A stretch of 64,000 nucleotides of DNA from Rhina ancylostomus (Eukaryota), in assembly GCA_030265395.1 (NCBI GenBank), contig JARFYF010000029.1:22247453-22311452 (forward strand). The letters run 5' to 3'. The translations under genes were made by a program, and so were the position numbers. Below the pieces are notes generated by a model that saw only the letters and a program-made list of their open reading frames with translations, searched no databases and had not been told where the DNA came from. Shown one piece after another: positions 48,825 through 62,679 of the stretch. Positions within the stretch are counted from its first letter, which is position 1, and each line of letters starts with the position of its first letter.

Positions 48825-49410
48825 AAGGAGTTTAAAAATAGGGAGGTTTTGTTGCAATGTTCAGGGTGTTGTTGAGGCCTTACCTGGAATGCTGTGTACA
48901 GAGTTGGTCCCCTTACCAAAAGAAAATATAGTAAAATTAGAGGCAGTCTAAAGGAGATTCACCGGGCTAATTCCAGTGATGAGAGGGTTGTCCTTTCAAG
49001 AGAGACTACATAGTTTGGACCTATATTCTTTGGAATTGTGAAGAATGAGGGATGACTTTATTCAAACATATATACGATCCTAAGGGGGCATGACGGGGTT
49101 GATGTTGGGATGCTATCACCTGTGGGAGAGTCTCAAACAAGGGGACCTAACTCCAAAATGTAGGATAAGTTATTTAAAACTGAGGTACATTGAAATTTCT
49201 TCTCGAGAGGGTAATGAATTTCTGGAATTTTCTGCCCCAGCATGTGGTGGAAGCCAATGGAGGTGGATAAATATTTGATAGATTGAGGATTAGAGGGGTA
49301 TGGAGAAATGGCACAAAAGAGGAGTTGAGGCCAGCATTGATCAGCCATGACCATATTAAATGGTGAGGCAGTCTTAAAGGGCCTGATGGTCTATTTGTGT
49401 TCTTGTCTAA
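48825..49410 (+). mobile_element. CR1-clade LINE 3' region
   Basis: RPYLECCVQ, LEAV*RRFTGLIP, RMRDDFIQTY and a CR1 tail. Confidence 0.85.
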
Positions 49411-49459
49411 TTTTGTTCCAGTTTCAACAAAACAATTATGATACCATTGATAGTCCTTC

Positions 49460-49645
49460 TAGGCCATTTCAGAATCAACCACCTGAGTAAGGATGGCAAA
49501 TCTCTCCTCCAAAGGACAGTCAGATTTTACAACATCCTGTTTCATGGTCATGAATAGAATGTGTGCACAGTCAGATATGAACTCAGATTTTCTGGATTAT
49601 TAAATTGGGCCTCAGAATACTAGTCTGGTGCCTTAACCATTGCAC
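49460..49645 (-). mobile_element. Old tRNA-derived SINE relic
   Basis: GAATCAACCAC..GAGTAAGGATGGCAAAT..AAAGGACA body; head (rc) GGTGCAATGGTTAAGGCACCAGACTAGTA. Confidence 0.55.
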
Positions 49646-49954
49646 CAGTGTGTATTTATTTTTATGTTTTGCGTATATTTTGTATTATAATCAGATTTTA
49701 TACTGATTCAGTTTTGGNNNNNNNNNNNNNNNNNNNNNNNNNNNNNNNNNNNNNNNNNNNNNNNNNNNNNNNNNNNNNNNNNNNNNNNNNNNNNNNNNNN
49801 NNNNNNNNNNNNNNNNNGAATTTATGCTTGATATTCTACTTGGCTTCAGTAATATCAATCATTATCATTGGGCCTTGTGCTTTTCATAACTCACCTTGTA
49901 ATTTACTTGCATGTAATCTAGCAAAATGATGGCAAAACCCAGGATTCATTTCCA

Positions 49955-50135
49955 GTCATAGAATTGTACAGCACAGAAATAGGACCCTGAACCACTATGT
50001 CCATGCTAAACATTTTGCCCATCTACACTAATTCCATTTGCTTCCATTAGGTCCATATCCTTCTATACCCTGGCCATCCAAATGCTTATCTAATATCTCT
50101 TAAATGTAATGGTTATATCTAATTGCAGCACCTCT
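49955..50135 (-). mobile_element. CR1 3' tail
   Basis: CATAGAATTGTACAGCACAGAAATAGG..CCATATCCTTCTATACC, the reverse of a CR1 tail. Confidence 0.7.
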
Positions 50136-51269
50136 AGCAAAGCTAGAGTGAACGTCATATGCTGTTGTGAACCCTGCTGCTATATGTTTCCTTACAGTAA
50201 TTTTTCATATGTAGCTGGTCTCTCCTTTTGATAATGTGAAGAACATTAAAATTCAGCTAAAACCACAAAAAATTACTTAAGATGCAGAAAAATCAACAAT
50301 GCTGATTCCAAAGTTTGGATATTCAGTTAATAAATTTTGTTATATTTCATGAATTTATCCAAAAAATATAAATCCCCTATTCCTGGGTCAGCACTCAATA
50401 TTGAACTTTGAAATTGATTTGCAATTCTTATGAAGTGAAATGGCATCAGATAATAAATAATTCTGCTATTTATACACTGATTTTTGAAGCAAAATATCGA
50501 CTGAAGTACCATTGTCCCATATTTGTTGAGTGTGACTACCTGCTCACAACTAATTCACACAATTCACCTGTATTAATAAAGATGGAATGCTGACTAAGAA
50601 TGCTGCTGTGAGGGCCTGTGTAGTGCAAGAGCCTTGTGCAAGTTAATCCAGTAGGTCAAGCTTTACCTAAAATGTCTAAGAAAACCTTTGGTAGATGGCA
50701 ATATTTTCCTTCCTGCTTTCCATCCATCAGACTTATCAATTTATTTCAGTATCAATTTCATCCCAATACTAAAACACAGAAACCTCTAAATATGTATATT
50801 TATCCTAGTAAACAAATTAAGTAAAAATGTAACTTTTTGTTTCTTGCAATAATAATATCATCATTCAAATGAATAGGCTCTTTTATTCTGTACCAGGTCT
50901 AACCTGGAATTGCTGATATTTCTCAGAAAGTTCCTGCTGAGTATACAGTATTTTTTAAATAGACACTTAACAAAGCTCACTCACGAAGAAATGCATTTCC
51001 CATAATAAATTAGATAGTCAGTGATTAATTAAAAAGAAAGGATGTTTTACACCAATATGCAAGATTATTCAATAGCTACGAAAGTTTTATAAATTGGTTC
51101 ATACAGAGTAGAAATTGATCAGGCACAACAGCATAAAAGGTGTAATAACGGTAACTGAAAAAAATCAATGGTAATTTATTTTTTATAAACTGTGATTTCC
51201 TATCACTGTTTTCACTACTATCCAGTGATAACTTCTCCACATTATAGTAAACTACATTTCAACAATAAT

Positions 51270-51810
51270 CTTCATTTGTACATACCTGCAATGCAGAAAG
51301 AAACATCTTAAAATGCTCCAGAAGAGCAACTGCAGACTAGGATCAAAACTGATGCTGTGCCAGATAAGAAAATATTAGTCCAGGTGACAAAAGCTTGATC
51401 AAAGAGAAAGTTTTAATAAGTGTCCCAAAGGAGGAAAGAGAGGTAGCAAGGCAAAATGTTTAAGGAGGAAATTCCAGAACATAAAATCTTGACACCGAAA
51501 GATATGCAATCTAATAGAGGAGCAATTAAGTGTGGAGATGAACTAATGGCAAGTGTGACAAAAATGTGGACTTCCACAAGGGATTTAAAACAAGCATCTG
51601 AGAATTAATATTTTAAAACTGAGGCATTGTTTAATGGGTAGTCAATGTAAGTCAGTGAGCTCAAGGGTAATAAGTGAGAAAGACATAGTATATGTTAGGA
51701 CACAGAAAGTAGAGTTTTGGATGACGTTGAGTTTACGGTTAATAGAACAGAGGTGAATGGCCAGGAATGCATTGGAATATTCAAGCCTGGAGGTAACAAA
51801 GGCATGGAAC
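51270..51810 (-). mobile_element. L2-clade LINE 3' region
   Basis: Minus strand HAFVTSRLEYSNAFLA (L2 hallmark HAFVTSRLDYxN), followed by an L2-like 3' end. Confidence 0.8.
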
Positions 51811-52649
51811 AGCGGAGGGAGGGGTGAAGTTGGACAATGTTTTCTTTTTATCCACTTTACTCCTGGATTTGACTTTAGTTCACAATATCAAAACAATATT
51901 TTGTGAGGCCAAAAATGGAAAACATTTCACATCAATTCCTTTCTGGGCAACTTGTCTGAAGTTCATCTTGAACGTGCATCAAACTGCTTATTTCCTTAAG
52001 ATCCTATTTTGTTAGCACCCTTTTGTTAAGAATTCTATCTTAAGATTTTTATTTTTATATAAAAATATACAAGAAGATGCCGAAGAGGCACATTTTATTA
52101 ACTAGATAATCATGGTCTGAGAACCCCACATTAGATTAGTATGTTAATGTTTTACATGAACATTGTGGAACTGAATGATGCAAACAAGAAATCCTCAGGC
52201 ACTCTAGAATGCTCAATGCATGCTTTTTTTTGTGTATTGTAATATGCCAAAGAAAAATAATGCAAGTCCAGTACTGCTGAGACTGGATCCAAGCTGGAAG
52301 AGAGGATCAGTAGTGAGGGGCTATATTGTTGCCAAGGGTAGAGAGTGGTTAAAGATTGGGGCTCAATGGAGTGGTGAGAGAACTGTCTTAATAGTGTGAC
52401 CATGGTGGTATCAATAGGAGAGTGTTGAGGCATGGGTACTGTCACATTGGAGAGGATGGTGTGGGGCTTGAGAAAAGAACACAAGTTAAAAAATTAAGGC
52501 GTTCAAACTAGTTTCCTGTTTCAGGAGACTACCTTAACAGCCTGCTGCAGAAGCAGCATAGCTATGAAAGCATCAGTGTTCTGCAAGTGACCAACAGCAA
52601 CTGTTCCGTAGAACAATGTGATCTGATTTCCTGTGCAATATGCATGCAC

Positions 52650-54420
52650 AGTGATTGATGTCATCCTGTGCACAACTCATGTGGATATTTGATCATTGGC
52701 ACAAGAATGATTTACAATTGGAAATGTCAAATCAAGTTTCTGGTTCTGACTTTAAGTGCTTGGAGTATAAACAGGAAATCTATTCTGGAATGGGTGAAAC
52801 TGTTGGTTTTATCCGGTTGCATTGATATATTGTGCAATTTTCAGTATGCTGATGGTGTCTTTTTGGTTAAGGGATCAGATTTAGAATCGAGATTGCTTTT
52901 GGCTCAGTTATATCATCCAGTAGCACTGATGACCATCCAGAATGTTTTGAATGATGTGAGTATAGTGTGAACTGCTGGAATATAGCCAATCACTTTTCTT
53001 CAGAACTGGGTCATTCCCAGTGATTAACTGGAGTCGAGGCTTTTGAGCAAATGTTTATCACAAATAGACTGCACAGTACCTCCAATCATAGTGGTGAAAT
53101 GGCCTCCTCACAGCAGAATACATCGGATGTAATAATGGCAATTGTTGTCACCTGATTTGATTGATGACCCATGAAACCACCATCGGGGCACTACCAGTAT
53201 TCGTGGTATGTAATAGTATTCATGTAAAGTTAGCCTTGACTTTGGCAAGGTATGTCAAAGTTAAAAAAGCAATACAATGTCTTTTTTCTATAATGCACAT
53301 TCCTTGATATAATCTGTGTACCCAGTCGAAAGAGAACCAGATAATATTTCAGGTCTGTGACTCTTTGTCAGAACATTGTTAGGATTGAGCAATCCTCAAT
53401 TAGCTGTTATTTGCTCCTGTTTTTTTTTGAAATAGTGTTGTTCCTGACTTCCAATAGCAGATGCTTTCTCTGTGTTTTGCTGATCTCAGTGTTCCAGAGC
53501 TTGGGTGTGCTTAATTTCTCAGGGTGTGCTGGGTTCTTTACAACTCTGGGTGTTCTGGAGTTGGGCTGTGCTGCACAGTTTGCTGGTCCTTTTGTTCAAG
53601 GTCTGGGTTAATGCTCTCAATGCTCTGGAACTGGAGGCTGCTCTCTGCCAAGTTTTCTTCTTTGCTGTTTTGCCCCATCTTTTGTTGGTAATGGTGGCAA
53701 CTTCCTTGTAGCACTATAGTATGACATGAGAAGCAGCTGCTATTGTCTGTTTGGGACACAAGCCACTTTTAGCCCTTTGTCTTACTATTATTTGAAACAT
53801 TACATTATTTGTGGAATATTTTTCATCTTTTTCCTATACCATGCCAGTTTTGTGATTATTCTCTTCTAGCTCCCATCAATTCTTCGCTTGGCTAGGAGTT
53901 TTCTAGCATTTAGGAGCATACTGTGGCGATATTTTCCTTCTTGCTTTCCTTTGTATTCACGTTGTTCATGGAACTCTTACTTGGTCCTTGGTGGAGATAG
54001 TATAACAGACTCCTCTGAGGCAATCTTGCTTGCATTTACTCACAGGACTGAGGCTGTGTTTTCAGCAGGTTCTGTAGAGGTGGATAACCTCACTGCATAG
54101 GTTGTAGTATTTGTTTCCTCCTAGAATTCCTTGTCTAGTCTCCTTCCTTCTTTCAATTCCTGCAGATGATGGCAGTGCAAGTGTGCTCCTGGATTGATGG
54201 AAATGTGAGGCAATTCTGAACTGCCCTTTGTTTTCTATTGGTAAGACTGGAGATCAAGTTAAGGATGGGTCTCTTTGCATCTAATTCCGGTATCATTTCT
54301 CCAGATCTTAAACTGATCTTTGAGGTTGATGTTCTTCCACTCCCCTTAATGTATCTGGCAAGGAGTGTAAACATACCAATGATTGGAATGTATAGCATTT
54401 ATATATGCACTGTCTTTGTA
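52650..54420 (-). mobile_element. Decayed 5' half of a Tx1-type LINE (CCHC ORF1 + APE endonuclease)
   Basis: Minus strand LLARYI..., ICRN*KKEGD*TRN and YNLCSEVIHLYRTC (degenerate zinc knuckles), then GGHF (GGDFN-like) and HSRIDFLF (APE motif). Confidence 0.65.
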
Positions 54421-55489
54421 TGATCCCTTAGACTCAGTGTTCAGGTTTGATAGGAATATATAACTCACTATTTTTTAAAGCCTCAGAAAATTCAGGAATC
54501 CAGTAATGATTTAATCATCACATCAATATAGGTACAGCTGGAAAATCTTGCAGACTGAAGATATCTGCAGCTTTAAACCAGCAACAAAATCCTTTCAATG
54601 AGGAAGGTTCAGTCTATGTCATGTCTTCTATGTTTTCACTGTCATCTATGTTTTCACTATCATCCTGACAGTGTTGCATACTCTGTGGGTTGGTGCTTGG
54701 CTTTTTGCCATTCAGGCACATTTCCCTGGTCCTGCAATTGGTGTTAGGCCAAAATCACCATTGGAACCCATCAATTGCAGTGAAGGCTTGATGTAGCAAA
54801 GGGTGTGAGGGTAAAGCCAGCAGTAAAAACCTAAACTTGTCACTCAAGAAGAGACACTACACTTGATCTTAGCCAAAAAATTGCAAGCAATTATGCTGAA
54901 GATCTGTGGGTTAGTAGAAACACAGCAAATTAATAAAGATAACCAAATTTTAAATTCCTCAGCAATTGCTGTCAACAGCTTATTGACATGGAACACACAT
55001 TTAAAAAGAAACTCCTTAAAATGCATTACCCTCTCAGTAATTAAAAATGTCAGCTTTGTGCACTTATTATGATGAAGTTAGCACAATAGTCACCTAACTA
55101 ATCTATTTCAATAATAATTACATTCAATAACAGCTTTATAAATATCTCAATCGATATCTCATCTGATATTAATTTGAAAGACAAATAAATGTAAAGAATA
55201 CAAGTTCTCTGAAATGGTAGTGAGAAATTATAAACTGAGTAAAGAAAGGATCTATTCTACATCTGGGAAAGGAAGCATAACTTAAATAGATATATTAAAA
55301 GTATACAAGTGTTATATCTAAAAATTTAAAAGGTGTTGAACAATTGAAGATAAATAAAAATGAATGGGTGAAGGATCATCATGAAGAACCAAATAGTTTA
55401 TCTTTATAAATTTATAGCTTATTGAATTTTGAAAAATGCTGCTTATACTAAGGGCTATTAGATCAGGCCCTCCAAGAAAATAAAATTGA

Positions 55490-55780
55490 CAATCCTGATT
55501 CAGACTAACAGTTAGTGTGTACTGAATATGCACTCTGCTGTCAAAGTGCTGCCTTTCGTGTGATAATCAAACTGATTTTGTGTGTTTAGTTGAATGATTT
55601 TTTTAAAATGTGAAGAACAAGGAAGTTATCCTGGCCAACATTACTTCTCAACCAACTTCAGCTGTGTTAATGTATGAATCTTGATATGGGACCTGATATA
55701 CATGCATATTGGTTACCTAGAAATCTAGAGAAAATGAAATTAATTGACTGTAGGAGCTTGCGATGTCTTGAGAACGTGGC
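55490..55780 (+). mobile_element. Deu-domain SINE relic (AmnSINE1/SacSINE1-like)
   Basis: GTACTGA..CTGTCAAAGTGCTGCCTTTC..TGAAGAACAAGGAAGTT..TCCTGGCCAACATT..CTCAACC resembles the Deu domain (recalled consensus). Confidence 0.55.
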
Positions 55781-56289
55781 AGGCACATAAGCTTTTTCTT
55801 TCAGGGTCAGAACCTAGAAGATCCATACCAATTATAATGCTATCATTATTGTTGGGATCTGCTTGCCAGCTCATTAGAGATCATGATATTAAATAATTTA
55901 TTATTCAGTGCCATGCCTAGAATGCATAGATAAAATGAGCCATTCAAATGGTTGATACAAGATTCTAAAGACTAGAAATTCAATTGCATAATATTTTTTG
56001 TTTTTAGCATTGTGCAATTGAATTTTTTTCTCTGGGATGAAATGAGATAAATCTGGAAGTTAGACTGTACCCTTTGCATATGATGTTTTCTGCATCAGGA
56101 GCATATGAAATGACATAATTCCCCATGCAATGCATCTTTTGGAGCTTTTCATGGGGAATTAGACAATGTTTTGGGAGAAACTATTATTGGACGTGGTACA
56201 ATCTGGTCTACTCAGCAGCGAATCAGACTGGGAAACATGCCAAGTAAATTAAATTTACCATCATCCGCATGCATGACATTGATCTCTAC

Positions 56290-56940
56290 CAAGACCCATT
56301 CTCACACTCCAACATCATTCCCTGATGTCCACTCTACCGCTTTGATCCTATAGTTCACTAGTTCTCAGGCTGCTTTTTCTTGATTTGCTTCCCCTCTCAC
56401 TCCCACTTCCATGATTGCCCAGATTCCAGCCCTGATCACCCTTCCTTGATCAGTCCCCATCACCATCAATCTGTACAAGTATTTCCTTTTCTTCCTAGCA
56501 TCTATTCATCTGTGCCTATAATCCCAAATCAATTTTTCTCCCATCATCTATCCATTTGTGCCATACTCCCAGTCCTTCATCCCCCACAATCCACCAATGC
56601 TGATGTCTCTAATTTCTCAGTCTTTCTCCCTCCATCCATCTATTTGTGCCAATATCCCAGTCTGCTCTTTCATTTTGCTGGTATCACTGCTCCCTGATTT
56701 CCCTCTAAGTGCTCATATCTTGAATTTTTACCTGACCATGCCACTGTTTATCCATCTGTGTCACTACCCCTCATCCTGAAACCCACCATACATCTGTCAC
56801 AGTATCCCCAATCCTTGATTCTCAAAATCAATGTACCTGTACCAGTAAGCCTGAATCTCCTTTATCTATCTGTACTGCTTACATCCTTCTTCGTTGGTTT
56901 CCCTAATCGCCACTATCCATCCATCTGTACTGGTATTTGA
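56290..56940. repeat. C/T-rich low-complexity tract (CCATC/ATCC motifs)
   Basis: Strong pyrimidine skew with degenerate short repeats. Confidence 0.5.
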
Positions 56941-58753
56941 GGCGTAGTCATTGGTCCCCCTGTTGCTGTGCCAAATCGGGCTCACACTTCTAGGTGATTA
57001 GAATTTTTTTCATATATATAGGTACAGAAATTTGAGATTAGGTCAGCTTCTCTACTCTTCGTAGAATCTAAAAATGAAGGAGACTTAAACCAAAAAAACG
57101 ACTTGAAATGTCAATGAACCATTTAAAAAAATAGGATCAGACGGTTATCTGGAGTAAAGCAGAATCAAAGATTGCATCGAAAGAATGTATGTTAAGTCCT
57201 GCAGAGGTGGCCAACTATTACGTTGAAACACTATGGTACTTTTCCTTCAGGGACACAAACATTAGGGTGAAAGTTGGCCTCAAGCTGCATTATTATCAAA
57301 GGGCAAACTGTGGACACTGAGTTGGTGTTCCTATGCAGAGTGCTGGAAAAGAGATTTGAGAAGGTTTGGCTACCACTTCACCAGCAGTAGTCCTAAGGTA
57401 TGTTTTTATAGGGATGTGATCCAGCTAAATTGAGGAAATGGGGTAATTGGGATGGGGCATGATTGGGAGGGTTTTTTTACATGATTGGGAGATGTTACAG
57501 TTGGGAGGTGCAATCAGGACAGTATAACAGTGATTAGAAGGGAGAGAGAATGGTAGAGTCGATTGAGTGTTGTTGAAGTTACAATAGGAAAACAGGATGA
57601 AAAGTGAGCAGGACTTAATTGTGGTTTTAGTACAGTGTTGGGGAAAACAGTCCTGCTCCTCTTTGCTCCAGATTTGGATATGTATTTTTAACAAATGTAC
57701 CTTTGTTGTGCCAGCCTACAGTTGTTCCAAACAAAACACCAACTGTTAGGCTATACTTGGTTCAACTCTTCCTCACTGCTTCTTGTTTTTGGCTGCCAAA
57801 GGACAAACCGATATTCCTGAGGTGGGCTCAAGCAGATATTTATTTCTTTATTTTTAAATACAAACAGCCTATTGCCTGCTTCATGCAACTTCTGCAACAG
57901 TATACTATACTTAGGGCTTGGGCCTGAAAAATTGACAGGATATTGTTGAATTTCTAATTAACTGTAGAATGCATTTATTAGACTTGAATATTGTATCTCT
58001 CACTTGATGCCCTGACATTATATAAAACAAAATAAAACATGAAGACATTCTGACCAATAAATTTATCCTCCACATGAGCAGCTATCCAAATCATATGAGT
58101 GCAGCTTTTCCTGGATTCCTTTAACCTTTTTACCTAAATCATCATCTCATCTATTCCAAAATGTTAAACAATCTCAAATTCAATCATTTTATCCAATGAT
58201 AAAACTTCTAGGTAACAACCTTCTAGGTAAAATTAGTTTCTCCTACTCTTTCCTAAATCTTGTACGTTTAATTATGTGATTGTTACATTTGAGAACTTTT
58301 AACCCCAAGAAGTGGACTATTTCTAGCAATCTGTCACATTGCTTTGATAGATTTTAACATCTACAGCTAACTGCCCCCCTCCAAATAAAGTTAACCTTAA
58401 TTTTTAATGTCTAGTATTTACTCATATCAGGCCACTTTCTGAAGCCTTTGACATTCTGTGGAAATTGTAATGGTGTCTGAAAAAGCAGATCAAAGTGGCA
58501 ATCCAGGGAGGGGGTTCCTGCAGCAGTTTTCTTGCAGTGATATTCAAAGACCCTTTGCAGCACATCAAGGAAGGACAGGACTTCTTTTAATAAACCTGAA
58601 CAAGGTCTCAACCCACTTGTTAAGGCCTATTTCAGTAAATGAGGCCTGCACTATTCATAGGTCTCGTGTGTAGTACAGTTTTGTGCAAATAATGTCAAAA
58701 CAAGAATTTCATGCCCTTTGATGTCACTGCACACACCCAAAACCCACAAGCAT

Positions 58754-58756
<3 letters not shown>

Positions 58757-58816
<60 letters not shown>
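58757..58816. repeat. Compound microsatellite (AT)n(GT)n next to an assembly gap
   Basis: Directly visible. Confidence 0.97.
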
Positions 58817-58819
<3 letters not shown>

Positions 58820-59349
58820 TGATANNNNNNNNNNNNNNNNNNNNNNNNNNNNNNNNNNNNNNNNNNNNNNNNNNNNNNNNNNNNNNNNNNNNNNNNNNNN
58901 NNNNNNNNNNNNNNNNNNNNNNNNATTCCTTCCAGTTGCTGCCTGTGTTTGGTCCTGAGGAAGCATCCTGACTCCAGTCTTGTACCAGTGTGCTGCATTT
59001 GAGTTCTCTGTGAGCTTGTTCTTTGTGCAACATATATATATGTTGCACAAAGAAGGACATAGAACAAATATCCAGAAATACTGCTGAAGTATGACTGCAC
59101 CACCACGAGCAGGAGGATAACAATGCAGCATTACAAACTTCTACCTAGATTCATTGTGACTGTTAATGTGAAATGGAGCCTAGAAATTAGATTACACCTA
59201 TTCCTGTTGTGCCAAAGCATTGTTGTGCAATGCTAATGCCCTGTGTAATCTCCTCCAATTGTAACATTGGCCAACATCCAGTCTGAAACAGGTTAAAGTG
59301 GTTTACACCCAAAAACAAGTTCTAAAATGGGACCTGAGTGTAGCTAGGA

Positions 59350-60430
59350 AATGAGGCTGCAGATCAGGAGCAAGGACATTTACTGGTAGCCTTCTCCTTT
59401 CTCCTCCCCTTCCTGTTCTTCTGCTCTCCTATCTCCACCTAATGACCCTCAGGCTCTTGGGCTCCTTACTCTTTTTGCCTTCAGCAGCAACTGCTGTCTT
59501 TGATTGGAAAGGTTGTGGAGCATGCAGCAGACAATGATAAACTCTCCACATCTGGTCTGAATGTACTGCAAAACACCTTCTATACTGATACAAGCAGTAA
59601 AGTCTCACCTTCAGGAGACCCATGATATTTTCCACTATTGTTCTGCTGCTTTTGTGGCTCTTGTCTAATTTCTGCTCAGGTGTGGTAACTGAAGAATGCA
59701 CTGGTGCAAATATCTTTTGTTCCCTGAGGATTCACTTCTCCATTCGGTACAAGTTGTTGAAAATATCTGGCTGTACAAACTCCCTCAGAATGAAGAACTC
59801 ACATGTACTTACCAGAAATACAGGATTCATCATGAGGAAATTCTTGTGATCCACAATGACCTGAAATTTGAGGAAGTGGAAACATTTCCTGTTTTTAAAT
59901 AGGTTAATTGGTTATTAAGAGGAGCCTTTAAGGATACATAAATGCAGTCAATCGCTGCCTGTACCTGTGAGAAGTCAGCAATGCTATCAAATGCCTGTGC
60001 CTGAGATACCACCAGTCACTCACTGAAGTCACAGCAGATGAAATAATTCCTTAGTGAATTCAATGCCTGTGTGATATTTCTGTTGGGGCAGGGAGCAGTG
60101 AAATAACAGAACTGGCAGAGATCTACTGTTTTTGCTTGAAAGAATCCTAAGGGGGTGTCCTTGATATCCATGGAGAGCATGGTTTAGGTACAAGACTCTG
60201 TCTGAAGGTGTTCCTACAGTATGTCATGTACCTCAGTAATGATAGCCTTGGGAAACCTGAACCTGTGAATACATTGTTCATTAATGTGGTCCATGTGGGA
60301 TGCGATGTCTCTGAAGACTAAGTAGAAGTTGGCTCTGTGTTGAAGAGCGTGTGTTTACCTCCTGCCTTGGGATCCCTCATCCCCTCTGAGTGACCAGCTA
60401 TGGCCAATGGTGACAGTCGTGTCACTACTA
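59350..60430 (-). mobile_element. PIF/Harbinger (HARBI1-like) transposase pseudogene
   Basis: FSQVQAAIDCIYV (GAIDCTH), HKSSRTIVENIMGLLKVRLYCL (HxxTRxxIERxxGxLKxRFRCL), IVCCMLHNL and an acidic tail. Confidence 0.85.
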
Positions 60431-60549
60431 AGGCAGCCATTGACTGAGCATCTTAGTAGCTAAATGCTGGGGGAAAAAAATCACTAATTGTTACTTTTGG
60501 TGTTTTCTGTGGAAAGATATTTCAGCTGCCATTGTCAGTTCTCACTGGA

Positions 60550-60935
60550 ATGTAGGATGCTGAAGTGTGACCTTATAATGTTTTATGAATTATGAAGAGC
60601 ATGGATAGGATAGATTGTTAGAATCTTTTTCTCAGGGCAGAGGAGTCTAGATCTAGAGAGCACAGATTTAAGGTGAGAGGGGAGAAATTTAATGGAGATC
60701 TGATAGGTAAGTTTTTCACACAAAGATTATTGGTTATCTGGAATGAGCTGCCAGAGGAGGTAGGAGAGGCAGATAGAGTTATGACATTTAAAAGGTATTT
60801 GGATAGGTACTTTCCTATAAAGGCAGAGAGAGAGATAGGGCTAAAGCAGCCAAATGGGATTACTGTAGCTAGGCATCACAGTTGGTGTGGATAAAGTGGG
60901 CCAAAGGACCTGTTTCTCTGCTGTATGATTCTATA
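60550..60935 (+). mobile_element. CR1 3' end inserted next to the Harbinger copy
   Basis: RGEKFNGDLIGKFFTQRLLVIWNELPEEV and a tail CTGTATGATTCTAT. Confidence 0.85.
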
Positions 60936-62679
60936 ATGATATCATTTGGTATGAACTGATATTGGGAAAACATAAGGCACACAGATATGTACAGCAGATG
61001 GAAGTATCTTTTCCAATTTGTGTCTGGCTCAATTTCACCTGGAAATGATCTCCAGCTTGGTGTATGATTTTTAATATATTAGAGACAGACTTGTCTTAGT
61101 CTGATCAAGTTTTGGGATTTGAGTATTCATTGCTAAGCACTGAATAAGAAATGAAAAATAATATGAATATGAATTTGAAGAGTAAATTGTACACAATACT
61201 AATATCTTTGTTTCATTATTCTTCTAGTCTCATTGGTGCAAGTAACTATAAGGTATATAAACAAAAAATACAGATACTGAAAAGAGATGCATAGGGTGCT
61301 ACATTTAGTCACTATCTCAGGTAAAAACAAATAACCACTATAAATTCTATGATTCTATGTAACTCTTAGATTCTTATTGAATTGGTACTGTTATTAACTA
61401 TATTTAATGCACACAGTAGTATTCAGCAATAAAAGTTCTTATTGAAACAGAAGTTCTGAATCATCATTTGGCTATTATTGACACCTGTCTCTTCTGCTAT
61501 TACTTCTCCTGCAGTTTGGCTTTAAAACTTGGTTATGTTTTAGAATCAGTGATAGCCACAGGCAGCAGGAACAAAATAATGAATGGACTGTCATACTTTT
61601 TCTGGAAGGACTTCATACACATTCTTATCTACACTTGCAGATAAGAAAGCTACGCACAGACTGACNNNNNNNCTAGAAATAAATGAGTTTAGTTTTAAAA
61701 ATTGCAGTCAGCTTCAAAATTGACTTGTTAGTGTAAAATCAACAAGCCTGCAATTCTCTTACTCAGAATTGAATAAAATATATTTTGAAATCTATTTCTT
61801 TAAAATACAGAACTGTGTCTATACTTAAGACTGTAGCAACATTTTGAATATGAGTAATCTCAGCAAACTTTGTACTCAATAACTGAAAGATGACTCTTGT
61901 CTCCTGATAGTAACACAGTCAATAAAAAGGCATAGAGACCTCACCATCACATATACCATACTGATTGATGAAGATGAAGCTGGCTGTATAGAGGTTTCAG
62001 TGTCCTAAAAGTAATGTTAAAACCAGATTTTTAAAAAAATCCAAAAGTTTTCTATTCACCCTTTACTGCAATGCTCTATCTTCTCTGTAAATGGTCATGA
62101 AGGATATTTTACTTCCCTGTGCATTGAAAGATCTTATGATGGGCAGGGATTTAAAAGCAAAAAAAAACCCCAGCAGGTCAGAAACACAAAACAATCCTGT
62201 AAACTTGCAGATTTAACCTAAGTGCATCAGGCTGTAATTGAAAAAAAATCACAAAGGAGAGTGGATTTGGCAATTTAAATATATGAAGTGCTCACTAAGA
62301 CTGTATTTAACGGGAGTAGTTGTATTTACTGCAGGGTGCATGGATTCATCTGACTTTCTGAAGCTGGCCGGTGAAACCATAGTGAGAGCACAACGCTATA
62401 GGATGGGACTTGAGGAGTTCACAAACTAACTTGATCATAAATATTGCTGTCTTGTAGCTGCTGTCTTGAACAACACCTGTGAAAGGCATACTTCAGAACA
62501 GTTGAGTAGTTCTTTCCCTAAGGAACTTTGGAGAGTTTTAAGAGGATTTGTGCAGTTTGGATTCATCAGGACTTGTCACTTTTTATTGCAGTTAGTCTCC
62601 TCAAGTTAGTACTGTTCATGAAGCAGTACTGTGGGACACAGGGAGAATGAGATGGATGACCACATTGGTAGGCTCAGAA

